The notes beneath the pieces were generated by a model. The model worked only from the letters and a program-made list of their open reading frames with translations. It was not told where the DNA came from and ran no database searches. Shown piece after piece: positions 32,201 through 40,898 of a stretch of 46,977 bases of DNA. Each line of letters begins with the position of its first letter. Position 1 is the first letter of the stretch. The position numbers and the translations under genes are program-made. This DNA is from a virus. The stretch is taken from IMG/VR virus record IMGVR_UViG_3300014556_000001. One strand, 5' to 3'.

Positions 32201-33445
32201 CAAGCTCAGTTTTTTGCGCAGCAAGAAACTACGAATGTGTATGGCGATTATCTTCAGTGGACAGATGATGCTTGGAAGTATTTTAACGATAGCTATAGCA
32301 ATAACATTAAAGAGCAAAAGAAAAATTTCAGTGATCAGCAAGATGTAATAAAGAAAGCTGCCAAAGATACAAAAGTAAACCTTGGTGAATATGTCAAGGC
32401 GCTTAGCCCGTCAAACATTGACCTCAATCATGCTGACATAGGCGGTTGGGGCAAGGTAATTGCCGCCAAAAAAGGTGCAAAAACAGGCGATTGGACTGAT
32501 TACGGAAAAGAAATGGCCGCACAGCTATCAAAGGGAATTGAATTGGGTACTGACGGCACTATTAAATCTGTAAAAGGAATGACCAGCAGTTTGCTCAATG
32601 AATTCACTTTGGGCGGCGAAAATTGTGTTGCAGGTTTTGCAAACGCTTTGTCCGACAAGGAAAAGAAAGCGTTCGCAGCTGCAAATGACCTCGGACTTAG
32701 CAGCTTGAAGTCATTAAAGCTTGCACTTGATGAGCATTCTCCGTCAAGAGAAACGCACCAAATCGGTGTCTTTTTCCTCCAAGGCTTCATGAACGGCATA
32801 AAATCGCTGTCAACGTTTATGAACACTTACGTAGCAAAAACAGCAAAATCAGCCGTTACAACATTTGATACAAAGTCCACGACAACCTCAATTGGTATCA
32901 AATTTATAGACCGCTTTAAAAACGGAATTGACCTGAGAAAAAATAGCCTCATCAACGATATAGTTGACATTTTCAACACAATTCTCGACAAGGCAGATAG
33001 TTTCCACGTCCAGTTCTTCAATTCGTTCAATAGTGCGGTACCTGCAATACAGATAGCCTCAAATGGCATTCTCGCCGCTATGGGGCAAGCTGTATCTATA
33101 CCACAGATAAGCTATACAGCACCTGGATATCGTGTGCAGGGATATGCAAATGGCGGTTATCCTGCGACAGGTCAGCTATTTGTTGCAAGAGAAAACGGCA
33201 CACCTGAAATGGTCGGTTCTATCGGTAGCAGAAACGCCGTTGCAAATAACGATCAGATCACCGCGGCAATCAGTCAAGCAGTATATCAGGCAGTGCGTGA
33301 GGCAAACCGAGATACTCAGAACAGCGGTAGCAGAAACACTGAAATGACAGTTAAAATCGTGCCCGACAAGAACAGCTTCGTAAAAGTTGCTGTTGACGGG
33401 ATAAACGATACAACCAGACGGACAGGTAAAAGTCCGTTGCACTAA
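29219..33445 (+). CDS. Tape measure protein (1408 aa)
   Basis: Length, coiled-coil N-terminus, a Gly/Ala-rich hydrophobic segment (GVGAISGIVGGFAGF...), and position. Confidence 0.9.
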   Translation: MGLDIDKLSLKVEASSDNAEKKLDRLIVRLETLKKSVGKLSGLDKLSEKLNKIAASANAISGVDKLVKLVESVSKLSQIKSPNVTKTVNSIKKLSEACNAVSGMSNVSVLKENITAITEACKPMQEMGKNNLSPFLNSLKKIPDITKSLDTEKINEFATRIRQLTTAIEPLTMQVSKAENGLVALNGIMKSSIARNGNLASANAVTVKSYTSLSSVFKDARIRAAALYVTVNRAADALADCLQSSNEYVENINLFTVAMGDYSEEAYRYAEKVNSLLGIDISEWIRFQGVFKQITTGFGVAAEKSNIMSKNLTQIGYDIASFFNISIEDAMQKVESGISGELEPLRRLGYALDAATLQQIAYDNGIQQNINTMTQAQKSQLRYVAILQQSTNVMGDMARTIVTPANSMRILQQQFEQLKRAIGNIVSVFAVKMIPYVQVFVRLLTDAANAIAKWLGFELPTIDYSEVGKGLSSVTENADDATESVKETKKALLALASFDEINQLNLDKNNGNDSGDTTGNKYDLGIDLPEYDFLAGLDKQTDALYKKVKAQLKELYNWLKKHKDMIKVIAGLLATVWAVNKLANLINWVKKLKGAFGALKIVKDCTSWLSKLKAVGVGAISGIVGGFAGFDFFKKLAKGTLDWNSALVDTGIAVGAIAAAFAIGGPIAGAVAIVGTLTGAFIGLYKGARDAKMEIVGLSDNGGTKISEIAEAFGAQCDKIIEAKKAVSEYKETITSNQDKIDQAVGNLNDFGDRLSGLKGKLTDADKENITSGFETIATAIKDNIGAETQGIIDNFKSAMDGLPDNLKTNIQSSISELNALNSQLSGNVDKAQQSINDYYNTIWNGGTPTDEQTENFNKATKYFLSKSVETSDAYKEYKENLSKIDLSKIDFEDFDTFKSSIQDVQNNANSAITAISNAKKDSLDYIESLYQETIEQHDLGWVSDAQLALAKETFENAKKNINDSADEQTKSVKDGLGKILGQAQSQLNTAIDDQAQFFAQQETTNVYGDYLQWTDDAWKYFNDSYSNNIKEQKKNFSDQQDVIKKAAKDTKVNLGEYVKALSPSNIDLNHADIGGWGKVIAAKKGAKTGDWTDYGKEMAAQLSKGIELGTDGTIKSVKGMTSSLLNEFTLGGENCVAGFANALSDKEKKAFAAANDLGLSSLKSLKLALDEHSPSRETHQIGVFFLQGFMNGIKSLSTFMNTYVAKTAKSAVTTFDTKSTTTSIGIKFIDRFKNGIDLRKNSLINDIVDIFNTILDKADSFHVQFFNSFNSAVPAIQIASNGILAAMGQAVSIPQISYTAPGYRVQGYANGGYPATGQLFVARENGTPEMVGSIGSRNAVANNDQITAAISQAVYQAVREANRDTQNSGSRNTEMTVKIVPDKNSFVKVAVDGINDTTRRTGKSPLH

Positions 33446-33462
33446 AGTGAGGTGGTGACACA

Positions 33463-33819
33463 ATGCTAAAATTCGACGGTGTAGAAATGCCTGTACCTGC
33501 AGATTTGCAGGTACAGAACAACAAAATCTGGTCGGATAATACAGGACGTTCAGCAAACGGAAAGCTTGTTGGCGATATGGTGTGCATAAAGAAGAAATTA
33601 ATCATATCGTGGGTACACCTCACAGGTGAGCAAGCCGCATTGATAAATCAATACATTTCTAACGTAAGCAAGCCGTTTTTCAGCGTGACATTTACAGATG
33701 AAACATTTGTTGAGCAAACGTGCACCATGTATGCAGGTGACACAAAATATGATGTGCTAAAGTGGGTCTCACCGATGAAGTATCTGAAAAATGTTGCAGT
33801 AGACCTAATCGAATGCTAG
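33463..33819 (+). CDS. Small distal-tail protein (Dit position)
   Basis: ORF track. RBS GAGGTGG. Synteny. Confidence 0.5.
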   Translation: MLKFDGVEMPVPADLQVQNNKIWSDNTGRSANGKLVGDMVCIKKKLIISWVHLTGEQAALINQYISNVSKPFFSVTFTDETFVEQTCTMYAGDTKYDVLKWVSPMKYLKNVAVDLIEC

Positions 33820-33825
33820 GAGGCG

Positions 33826-34914
33826 GTGAATATGTATACTGTGCAGAATGAAACCGTCTCTCAGCGTATCGAGAGCTATTGCCGTACTTGGAGGTTGTGG
33901 ATAGAGAATGCAGAGGACATTATATCAGGCGACAGCATTATGTCAGCTGATAGCTCCATGCAGGCAACAAGCCTTTCCGATGACATCGAGCTGGGTGCCG
34001 TGTGTTCGCAATCGTGGAACGTGACCATAAGTGACATTGAAACAGCGTTTCTCGGCAAAGAGTATGACACATATCTGTATCTCGTAGACTACGAAACTAG
34101 CGGCATACTTGACGACGAAAAGATACCAATGGGACATTTCACCTGCGTTAAGTCGAAAAAGTCGGGCGGCAGTGTTCAGCTGACAATGGCGGATAGATTA
34201 TATTTTTCCGACAAGCCATATGTGCCGCATATTCCTATGCCAAACTGGAATAAAGCTGTTGAGGACGACATTTGCAGACAGCTTGGTTTGCAGAATGGAA
34301 ATGATTATACGGAAGTCAGGCTACTGCGTGACAAGAACGGCAGGCGGTTGATAGATAAGAACGGCAAGGTGCTGTACTCAAAGTATTTCTATTTCAAAGT
34401 CAGCTCCGTGCCAAAAGACGTGACCATGCGCCAAATGCTGTCCTATCTGGCTTCTGCACAAGGTCAGTTTGGTTATGTTGACAGGTACGGAAAGTACGTC
34501 CGCAAATGGTACGGCTCGAGCGTGAAAACGTTGGATAACAACACAATAGACCTGCCCACACTCAGCGAACGGCAGAACGTTATCGTGGGCATTATCTGCA
34601 AAGTGAGTGATGATGTAACGCTGTCGCTTGGTGTGACAGATACAACACAGGGACGTGTGCTAGAGTTTGAAAATCCATACATGACCGAATCACTGCTTCA
34701 ATCTCTGTGGCGCAGAATAGGAGGATTTTCATGGTACACTACCGAATTGTACCACAGACTTGGTGACCCACGTTTCGACATAGGTGACGTGGTGACCTAC
34801 ATCAACGGCGTAGACAGCTATGATATACCAATAACGAATTTAGGATTTACCTTTGACGGCGGACTGAGTGCTGATATTTCGGCGGTAGGTTTGTCGGTAG
34901 AAGAACAGCTTTAA
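33826..34914 (+). CDS. Tail-associated / baseplate protein (Tal position)
   Basis: ORF track. RBS AGGAGG. Synteny. Confidence 0.55.
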   Translation: MNMYTVQNETVSQRIESYCRTWRLWIENAEDIISGDSIMSADSSMQATSLSDDIELGAVCSQSWNVTISDIETAFLGKEYDTYLYLVDYETSGILDDEKIPMGHFTCVKSKKSGGSVQLTMADRLYFSDKPYVPHIPMPNWNKAVEDDICRQLGLQNGNDYTEVRLLRDKNGRRLIDKNGKVLYSKYFYFKVSSVPKDVTMRQMLSYLASAQGQFGYVDRYGKYVRKWYGSSVKTLDNNTIDLPTLSERQNVIVGIICKVSDDVTLSLGVTDTTQGRVLEFENPYMTESLLQSLWRRIGGFSWYTTELYHRLGDPRFDIGDVVTYINGVDSYDIPITNLGFTFDGGLSADISAVGLSVEEQL

Positions 34915-34926
34915 GGGGGCGAGATA

Positions 34927-35295
34927 ATGGCTGATGAAAATTTCACATTGGCGCAGGATATCACTGAAAATGACTATCCTATGCAACACGCAGGCGAGGA
35001 AATCGATGAGATACTGAGCCGAGCCGGCAAGATACACTATGGCACTGTGGAACACAAGATGACGGGAGCAAATGCGCTTATGCGGATACCGCTTGAACTG
35101 ACCTTTGCGCCTAAGCAGGTCATAGCAACGCTACGGCAGACAGACACACCAACACCATACAAGACGTTCTGTACTCACGTTAATGGGTCGGGAAAGTCGT
35201 ACTATCTGAACGTTTGCATGGGAGCTACTAATGGGTCAACAGTGGAAAACGTGCCAACAGGAACATACTATGTTGACTACATTGCAATAGAGTAA
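34927..35295 (+). CDS. Hypothetical tail-tip protein
   Basis: ORF track. RBS GGGGGCGAG. Confidence 0.55.
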   Translation: MADENFTLAQDITENDYPMQHAGEEIDEILSRAGKIHYGTVEHKMTGANALMRIPLELTFAPKQVIATLRQTDTPTPYKTFCTHVNGSGKSYYLNVCMGATNGSTVENVPTGTYYVDYIAIE

Positions 35296-35309
35296 AGAGG
35301 GGTGATTAA

Positions 35310-37856
35310 ATGACGATAACGCTAAACACAGATTACGATGTAACACTGAACACAGCCCTTTTGGGCTATGTTGGTGAAACTAATGCCCGTCCCGTGTCTG
35401 TCAAGGGCATGGAGGTAGACGGCGCAGACCGCTATGTGCTGACTATCGACTACGGTGACGGCACTGCCTATGAGGTCGATATCACAGGCGGACAGTGGAC
35501 ACCTACGGCAGATATACTGCGTTCAGCGCAGACAATATCGTGTCAGATATGTGCAAAAAAACTGTCAGGGCAGGAATATATCCTAGTAAAAAAATCACGC
35601 ATATTCCGACTGCGAATAGGTGCAGCTATCGGTGATACAGCTATCCCGTCACCTGATGTGGCGGTGGACGCACTAGACCGCATAGACGCCATAGGCAGAC
35701 AGGCGCACGCAGATATGCAGACAGCCGTCACCGCCGCAGAAACGGCGACAACAATGGCAAATAACGCCGCTAAATCTGCCACGGCCGCAGAGAAATCAGC
35801 TGATACGGCAACACAGGCGGCTGAACGTGCTGAGACCGCAAAAACAGCGGCTGAAACGTCCGCAACGCAGGCAGACGCTGCAAGGCAGGGTGCAGAAACT
35901 GCACGTGCTGAGGCGGTCACTGCACAGAACACCGCCAAGATATCCGCAGCGCAGGCGGCAACATCAGCACAGCAGACCACAGCCGACAAGAACATAACGG
36001 CAGGCTATGCTAAAACTGCAAAGACGGCGGCTGACAGCACTACGGCAGACAGACAGGCAGTGCAGGAAATGGCAACGCAGGTCACAGCCGACAAGGCTAC
36101 AGTGGCAGAAAACGCCGCACAGGTTGCCACAGACCGCAAAGCTGCTGAAACTGCTGCACAGACAGCGCAGGCGGTGGCTGACAGTCTGCCTGAGGACTAC
36201 GTGACGGCAGTCAGTAAGATAGCTGAAAATACAGCTGAAATAGGACGTATAAAGCTGACGGATAAAGAATTGACAAGACGTGTAAATGCACTGTACGACA
36301 TTGGTCAGGGTGTGACGCATAGGTTTGAAACGGACACAGATACGGCATATGCAAAGACAGTGCCTACGGGCGGTAAGCTGATGTCGGTGAAGAGTGTTGG
36401 TGGTAGGTCTATTGTATGGAACCAGCTAATATCACAGATTGTCGAAAAAACATCTAATGGTATTGCAACTACAAAAATTGATAGCAAATCGCTGCATATC
36501 AGTGGCACGTCGTCAGCGGTTTGTTTTATACCGATATCCCCGGTACAAACCGGAATTTCAAATCATAAATATTTATTCCATTCGCACGCCAGTGATACTA
36601 CTGCGCTGTCTAGTGGTACGGGTTTTTACAACGATAACGGCGGAAATAGGTGGCATGAATACGGCAAAGGTATAATATTTACAATGGATGGAAATGGTAC
36701 AATTGCAATTGCGTTCCGTGTAAATTCTAATATAACTGTAGATTTTTCAATCACGCCACAGATTTATGACCTCACCGCCATGTTCGGAAGCGAAAACGAA
36801 CCCACAAGCGTGGAAGAATTTGAGGAAATGTTTCCAGCCGATTACTACCCATACTGTGCTGGGGAGGTTGTCAGTGCTGGGGTTGAGAGCGTTGTGGAGC
36901 AGGGACGAAATTTGTGGGACGAAGTATGGGGAGTTGGTTCGATTAACGCATCTAGTGGCAATGACGAAGGTTCAAAAGAGGCTATATATTCAAAAAACTA
37001 TACGCCAATTATACCAAATTCAACCTATATCTTCGTGTACGCAGGTAGTGCCAAAATTGAAAATGTGAAAACCAGATTTTATGACCATAACAAAAAGTAC
37101 ATTGGCTATAACGACAACAACGGGCAAATTGTCTACCCAAACAAAGCATTTATAACCCCATTAAACGCATTCTATGTTCGTTTTACGCTTCCGCCAGACT
37201 ATGGCAATGTTTACAAAAATGATATAGCATTGATAGCTGATAGTTCGGGAACCTACGTCCCATATCACCGCAACGAACACCCAATCCCCGAAGCCATCAA
37301 AGCATTGCCTGGCTACGGCTGGTCGGCAGGAACGGCACGAAACTACGTTGATTATGAGAATAAACGATACGTTCAGTGCGTGAGCAGCGTTGATTTGGGA
37401 ACGCTGAATTGGGTTGCAGGTGACAGTGGGAAAGTAGGTTTTCAAACATCGCAAGTTACAGGGCAGAAATTGACAAAGAATTATAACATTCTGCCAAACA
37501 TCATCTGTTCAAAATATTTGGCGAAAACGCAGAATGCTATGTGGGGCAAAACCAGTGTAACAGGTATAACGACTAATGCTAGCGTTGACGGATATGTATA
37601 TGTCAACGATACGTCCTACACCGACGCCACCGCATTTAAACAGGCAATGCAGGGTGTTATCCTGTACTATGAATTAGCGAACCCTATCGTAACCGATATT
37701 TCAACCCTAATACCCGATGACTTCCTGCGAAACATGGAAGTCGAAGCAGGGGGTTCAGTGACATTCAAAAACAGCAATGGTGACAGCTATTGCATACCCG
37801 TGCCATCAGAGGAAGAGTACGTTGTAAAACTAAGTGAAGTAGGAGGTAGCGTATGA
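35310..37856 (+). CDS. Tail fibre / receptor-binding protein with an Ala/Thr/Gln-rich stalk
   Basis: 848 aa. Low-complexity helical stalk (AAETATTMANNAAKSATAAEKSADTATQAAERAETAKTAAE...) followed by a beta-rich C-terminal domain. Confidence 0.75.
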   Translation: MTITLNTDYDVTLNTALLGYVGETNARPVSVKGMEVDGADRYVLTIDYGDGTAYEVDITGGQWTPTADILRSAQTISCQICAKKLSGQEYILVKKSRIFRLRIGAAIGDTAIPSPDVAVDALDRIDAIGRQAHADMQTAVTAAETATTMANNAAKSATAAEKSADTATQAAERAETAKTAAETSATQADAARQGAETARAEAVTAQNTAKISAAQAATSAQQTTADKNITAGYAKTAKTAADSTTADRQAVQEMATQVTADKATVAENAAQVATDRKAAETAAQTAQAVADSLPEDYVTAVSKIAENTAEIGRIKLTDKELTRRVNALYDIGQGVTHRFETDTDTAYAKTVPTGGKLMSVKSVGGRSIVWNQLISQIVEKTSNGIATTKIDSKSLHISGTSSAVCFIPISPVQTGISNHKYLFHSHASDTTALSSGTGFYNDNGGNRWHEYGKGIIFTMDGNGTIAIAFRVNSNITVDFSITPQIYDLTAMFGSENEPTSVEEFEEMFPADYYPYCAGEVVSAGVESVVEQGRNLWDEVWGVGSINASSGNDEGSKEAIYSKNYTPIIPNSTYIFVYAGSAKIENVKTRFYDHNKKYIGYNDNNGQIVYPNKAFITPLNAFYVRFTLPPDYGNVYKNDIALIADSSGTYVPYHRNEHPIPEAIKALPGYGWSAGTARNYVDYENKRYVQCVSSVDLGTLNWVAGDSGKVGFQTSQVTGQKLTKNYNILPNIICSKYLAKTQNAMWGKTSVTGITTNASVDGYVYVNDTSYTDATAFKQAMQGVILYYELANPIVTDISTLIPDDFLRNMEVEAGGSVTFKNSNGDSYCIPVPSEEEYVVKLSEVGGSV

Positions 37857-38011
37857 CGGATTTACAAAAGAAAATGGCTGACAAGCTAGGGTTGACCCCT
37901 GATGATTTTCAGCCGAAAAAAGCCACGAAAGTTGACGAGCTAGAAGCACAGGTGCTATATACTGCGCTGATGACAGACACGCTGATCGAGGAGAGTGACG
38001 ACAATGTATAG
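37853..38011 (+). CDS. 52-aa hypothetical protein (too short for the ORF track)
   Basis: ATGA overlap with the fibre stop. MTDLQKKMADKLGLTPDDFQPKKATKVDELEAQVLYTALMTDTLIEESDDNV. Confidence 0.5.
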   Translation: MTDLQKKMADKLGLTPDDFQPKKATKVDELEAQVLYTALMTDTLIEESDDNV

Positions 38012-38147
38012 AAAAGTCAAACGTTTGTACGATTTAGGGCTGTACACTGCTGAACAGGTCAAGGATTTTGCTGACAGGGGCAAGATAACCCCTGAGCAGT
38101 ATGAAGAAATCACAGGGCAGAAATACGAAAGCGAGGTAGTAAAGTGA
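38004..38147 (+). CDS. XkdX-like 47-aa protein
   Basis: MYRKVKRLYDLGLYTAEQVKDFADRGKITPEQYEEITGQKYE matches the XkdX pattern. Overlaps both neighbours. Confidence 0.6.
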   Translation: MYRKVKRLYDLGLYTAEQVKDFADRGKITPEQYEEITGQKYESEVVK

Positions 38148-38521
38148 AGTACATAATAATGCTGATGATTGTGATAGGGCTTGCACTGGCTGATTTTGCC
38201 ACAGGCTGGATAAAAGCCTATTGCAAAGGTGACGTTAGGTCGTCAAAGATGCGCAAGGGCGGTCTGAACAAACTAGCCGAAATAGTTGTCATGGGCGTGG
38301 CTATCGGGTCTGAGATAGGATTTGAGCAGCTGGGTCACTACTACGGACATAGCGAACTGGCAGGCATTGCAGGCACTATCACCGCACTAGCCGTTTTCGG
38401 ATATATATTCACTATGGAAGTTGTTTCCATACTAGAAAACTATGGTGAAATTAATCCGCAGGCGCACTGGATAAACAAAATAGTGGCAAAATTTGGAGTT
38501 TTTAAGGATAAGGAGGACTAA
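38144..38521 (+). CDS. Holin
   Basis: 125 aa with 3-4 hydrophobic helices, directly upstream of the endolysin. GTG start overlaps the upstream stop. Confidence 0.75.
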   Translation: MKYIIMLMIVIGLALADFATGWIKAYCKGDVRSSKMRKGGLNKLAEIVVMGVAIGSEIGFEQLGHYYGHSELAGIAGTITALAVFGYIFTMEVVSILENYGEINPQAHWINKIVAKFGVFKDKED

Positions 38522-38523
38522 CT

Positions 38524-39204
38524 ATGGCAATAACATTCGACGAATTTGTAAAGAAATACAAGGGCAAAGGTGTTGATTTTGACAAAGCATATAATGTACA
38601 ATGCTTTGACCTGGCTAATCAGTATAACAGAGATGTTATCGGGTGCGGAATGTTCACAGGTATGTATGCGAAACAGATTTACGAAGATTTCGACAAGCAG
38701 GCGGTCAAGGGCTATTTCACAAAGATAAAAAACACCCCGTCATTCGTGCCAAAAAAGGGTGATATCGTGGTATGGGGCGGTAGTCTGAACGGCGGTATTG
38801 GCCACGTTGCCATAGCCACAGGCGAGGGCAACACAAAATATTTTTACAGCTACGATCAGAACTGGTTAGGCAGAAATGACCCATGCACAAGAACCTATCA
38901 CAACTATAACCATGTCTTGGGCGTTCTCCGTCCGAAAAATCAGAGCGTTATCAATCCACCCACACTGGAGACGAAAGGCTATAAGAAAGGTGCGAGCACA
39001 GACGGGTCGTATGCCCTGAAACAATTGCTAATCCTTGACGGCGCAAAGCTGGACGATAATGCAATCATCGGCAAGGGCACTGTCAGTGCTATCAACAGCC
39101 GACTGTCAGCATGGGGATACAGACCGAACGGCATTGCAGGCAAGAAATTCATCAAGAAACTGCGTGAAAAAATCAAAAAAAATAGTCGCATAAAATTCTC
39201 ATAA
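38524..39204 (+). CDS. Endolysin: N-terminal CHAP domain plus a C-terminal peptidoglycan-binding-like domain
   Basis: YNVQCFDLANQY (catalytic Cys), GGIGHVAIATGEG (His). C-terminal ...GKGTVSAINSRLSAWGYRPNGIAGKKF. Confidence 0.85.
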   Translation: MAITFDEFVKKYKGKGVDFDKAYNVQCFDLANQYNRDVIGCGMFTGMYAKQIYEDFDKQAVKGYFTKIKNTPSFVPKKGDIVVWGGSLNGGIGHVAIATGEGNTKYFYSYDQNWLGRNDPCTRTYHNYNHVLGVLRPKNQSVINPPTLETKGYKKGASTDGSYALKQLLILDGAKLDDNAIIGKGTVSAINSRLSAWGYRPNGIAGKKFIKKLREKIKKNSRIKFS

Positions 39205-39220
39205 AATTCGCACAAATTTA

Positions 39221-39254
39221 GCCGTCAGAGCGTTTGCCCTGGCGGCTTTTTTTA
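39221..39254 (+). terminator. Intrinsic terminator at the end of the late operon
   Basis: GCCGTCAGAG / CCCTGGCGGC stem followed by seven T. Confidence 0.7.
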
Positions 39255-39268
39255 TTGCGAATACACAG

Positions 39269-39472
39269 TTATTGCAGTACCTTATGGATCGTGCTGATAT
39301 CATTATCATCACGTTCAGCGTTCACAAAGATTGTATTTAGCCATTTCACCTGATAGCCGTTGTTGGTATGATATCCGTGGAAATGCGCACGTCTGATGTG
39401 TGGTGCTTTCGGTGCGCTGTGACCTTGTGGGCTATGCTGATCGCCGACAGCGAATTTTGTAGGATTGCACAA
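39269..39472 (-). CDS. Doubtful orphan ORF (67 aa), possibly a gene remnant
   Basis: TTG start, no RBS, isolated in the lysin-attP gap. Confidence 0.2.
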   Translation of the reverse strand: MCNPTKFAVGDQHSPQGHSAPKAPHIRRAHFHGYHTNNGYQVKWLNTIFVNAERDDNDISTIHKVLQ

Positions 39473-39615
39473 ATATAAGATTGATTTTTGTGCATATTTT
39501 CAGAGCGAAATTTCAGCGTGCACAAAATTCCGTGTCATATTTCATGTCATATATTTATTATTTTTGGTGGTATTTTATTATTTCTACGCATATTTTAGCA
39601 TTTTAGAACATAAAG

Positions 39616-39657
39616 AAAACCGCCTATCTACGCCATTTGACGTAAACAAGCGGTTTT
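39616..39657 (-). terminator. Hairpin plus T-run downstream (minus strand) of the tRNA fragment
   Basis: AAAACCGC (39616-23) / GCGGTTTT (39650-57). The minus strand continues TTTTCTTTATG. The 26-nt loop is long. Confidence 0.4.
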
Positions 39658-39662
39658 TCGTA

Positions 39663-39690
39663 TGGTGCGGGTGACAGGACTTGAACCTGC
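39663..39690 (-). other. tRNA 3' fragment (T-arm, acceptor strand, CCA), the likely attP core
   Basis: Minus strand reads GCAGG-TTCAAGT-CCTGT-CACCCGC-A-CCA. It lies 30 nt from the integrase stop. No matching 5' half is present. Confidence 0.65.
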
Positions 39691-39720
39691 TATAATCAGC
39701 TTTCAATGCACGATTTTACG

Positions 39721-40749
39721 CTATTTTGCATTTTTCGTGTCATGTTTTGTGTCATATACGCTTTGAAAATAGTCGTCGATAACCTTATCGACACGTTGGC
39801 GATCATCATCGAAAGTCTGCTGATAAACTGACCTTAGTGTGCTGGTATTACTCCAACCACCCCGCTCCATTGCGTATATATCGGGAATATTCAGCTTCGC
39901 CATAACGCTGGCGCTTATGTGTCTCAGGTCATGAAAAGTAATGCAATACCCTGCTGACCTTGTAATTTTTACGAGCTTGTCATATATTTGCTTAGGGTTG
40001 TACTGCACAACATAATCATCAAGGTTGAGCTCCAATGCGTCAATCAGCTCAACAAGTGGCTTGCCAAGTCTTACTTGTCGATTACTCTTATATGTTTTCG
40101 CTTGCTTCTTTACTGTCAGCTTATTGCCAACCATAACACGCACCTGTGACAGTGTTAAGATATCTCCAGCTATATCCTTGCGGCGTATTCCCTGTATCTC
40201 TGACATTCGCAATCCGCCCCACACTGCAAGCAACACTGGTATTTCAATATCTGTGCCACGAAACAGTTCAATAATTGTTTCGGCGTCAGGCAAGCTTTTA
40301 AACGTTCTAGTTTTTTGTGGCAAGCGTATTTTGCCCAATTTTATATCAACATCATGATAGGTCATTATCGCTGTGAAGAAGCCATATATATTTCTTACAG
40401 TTTTCGCAGATCTTACGACAGCAATGCTGTTCACCCAATCTTGCACAAGTTGTGGCGTAATATCATTTAACCGCATATTTGCAAATCTGTCAAAATGATT
40501 TTTAAGTTCCGACTTATATTCATGTATCGTGGTAGGCGATAGAACAGGTGTTTTAATCTCAATGTATTCCTCTGCAGCTTGCTGAAACGTTTTTTCGTCC
40601 TCGCTTTGTTGAGTGCTGTTCAGCCACTCTGCTGCCATTAACTCGGCTTCTTTCTTGGTTTTGGCCGTGAACGATTTGTACTTCCCTGTTGCTTTGTCAT
40701 ATGCCCTAACACGATAGTTTCCGCTAGGCAGTTTTTTTGCTGTTGCCAT
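39721..40749 (-). CDS. int: Tyrosine integrase
   Basis: N-terminal KLPSGNYRVRAYD SAM-like start, GLRMSEI (Arg), ITFHDLRHISAS (HxxR), GGWSNTSTLRSVYQQ (Tyr). Confidence 0.9.
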   Translation of the reverse strand: MATAKKLPSGNYRVRAYDKATGKYKSFTAKTKKEAELMAAEWLNSTQQSEDEKTFQQAAEEYIEIKTPVLSPTTIHEYKSELKNHFDRFANMRLNDITPQLVQDWVNSIAVVRSAKTVRNIYGFFTAIMTYHDVDIKLGKIRLPQKTRTFKSLPDAETIIELFRGTDIEIPVLLAVWGGLRMSEIQGIRRKDIAGDILTLSQVRVMVGNKLTVKKQAKTYKSNRQVRLGKPLVELIDALELNLDDYVVQYNPKQIYDKLVKITRSAGYCITFHDLRHISASVMAKLNIPDIYAMERGGWSNTSTLRSVYQQTFDDDRQRVDKVIDDYFQSVYDTKHDTKNAK

Positions 40750-40898
40750 GTAAAATTCCTCCTAAACATCTTGACAAAATTTTGATTTTATGCTAAGATA
40801 ATAGGGTACTACCCTACTGTCCATTTGCTGTGGTTTGTCGGTGTTGTACACGCCCTCACAGGTCGCACTGTGGGGGCATTTTTTTATTGCGGTATGTT

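Noticed and set aside
35543-36320. Long antisense ORFs (150 and 118 aa) inside the tail-fibre gene
   Set aside because: They lie opposite the GCN-rich Ala/Thr stalk-coding repeats, which removes stops from the antisense frames. The products are Ala/Cys/Ser low-complexity sequences with no RBS.
35310-37856. Diversity-generating retroelement or invertible (Gin/Cin-type) host-range switch acting on the fibre gene
   Set aside because: There is no reverse transcriptase anywhere in the genome, and I noticed no template/variable repeat pair. The serine recombinase is 16 kb away, and I saw no inverted repeats flanking fibre segments. This was not searched exhaustively by computation.
39663-39740. 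Intact tRNA gene next to the integrase
   Set aside because: Only the T-arm, acceptor 3' strand and CCA are present. The sequence on the 5' side (minus strand) cannot form anticodon or D arms or pair with the acceptor strand. It is an att-site fragment.
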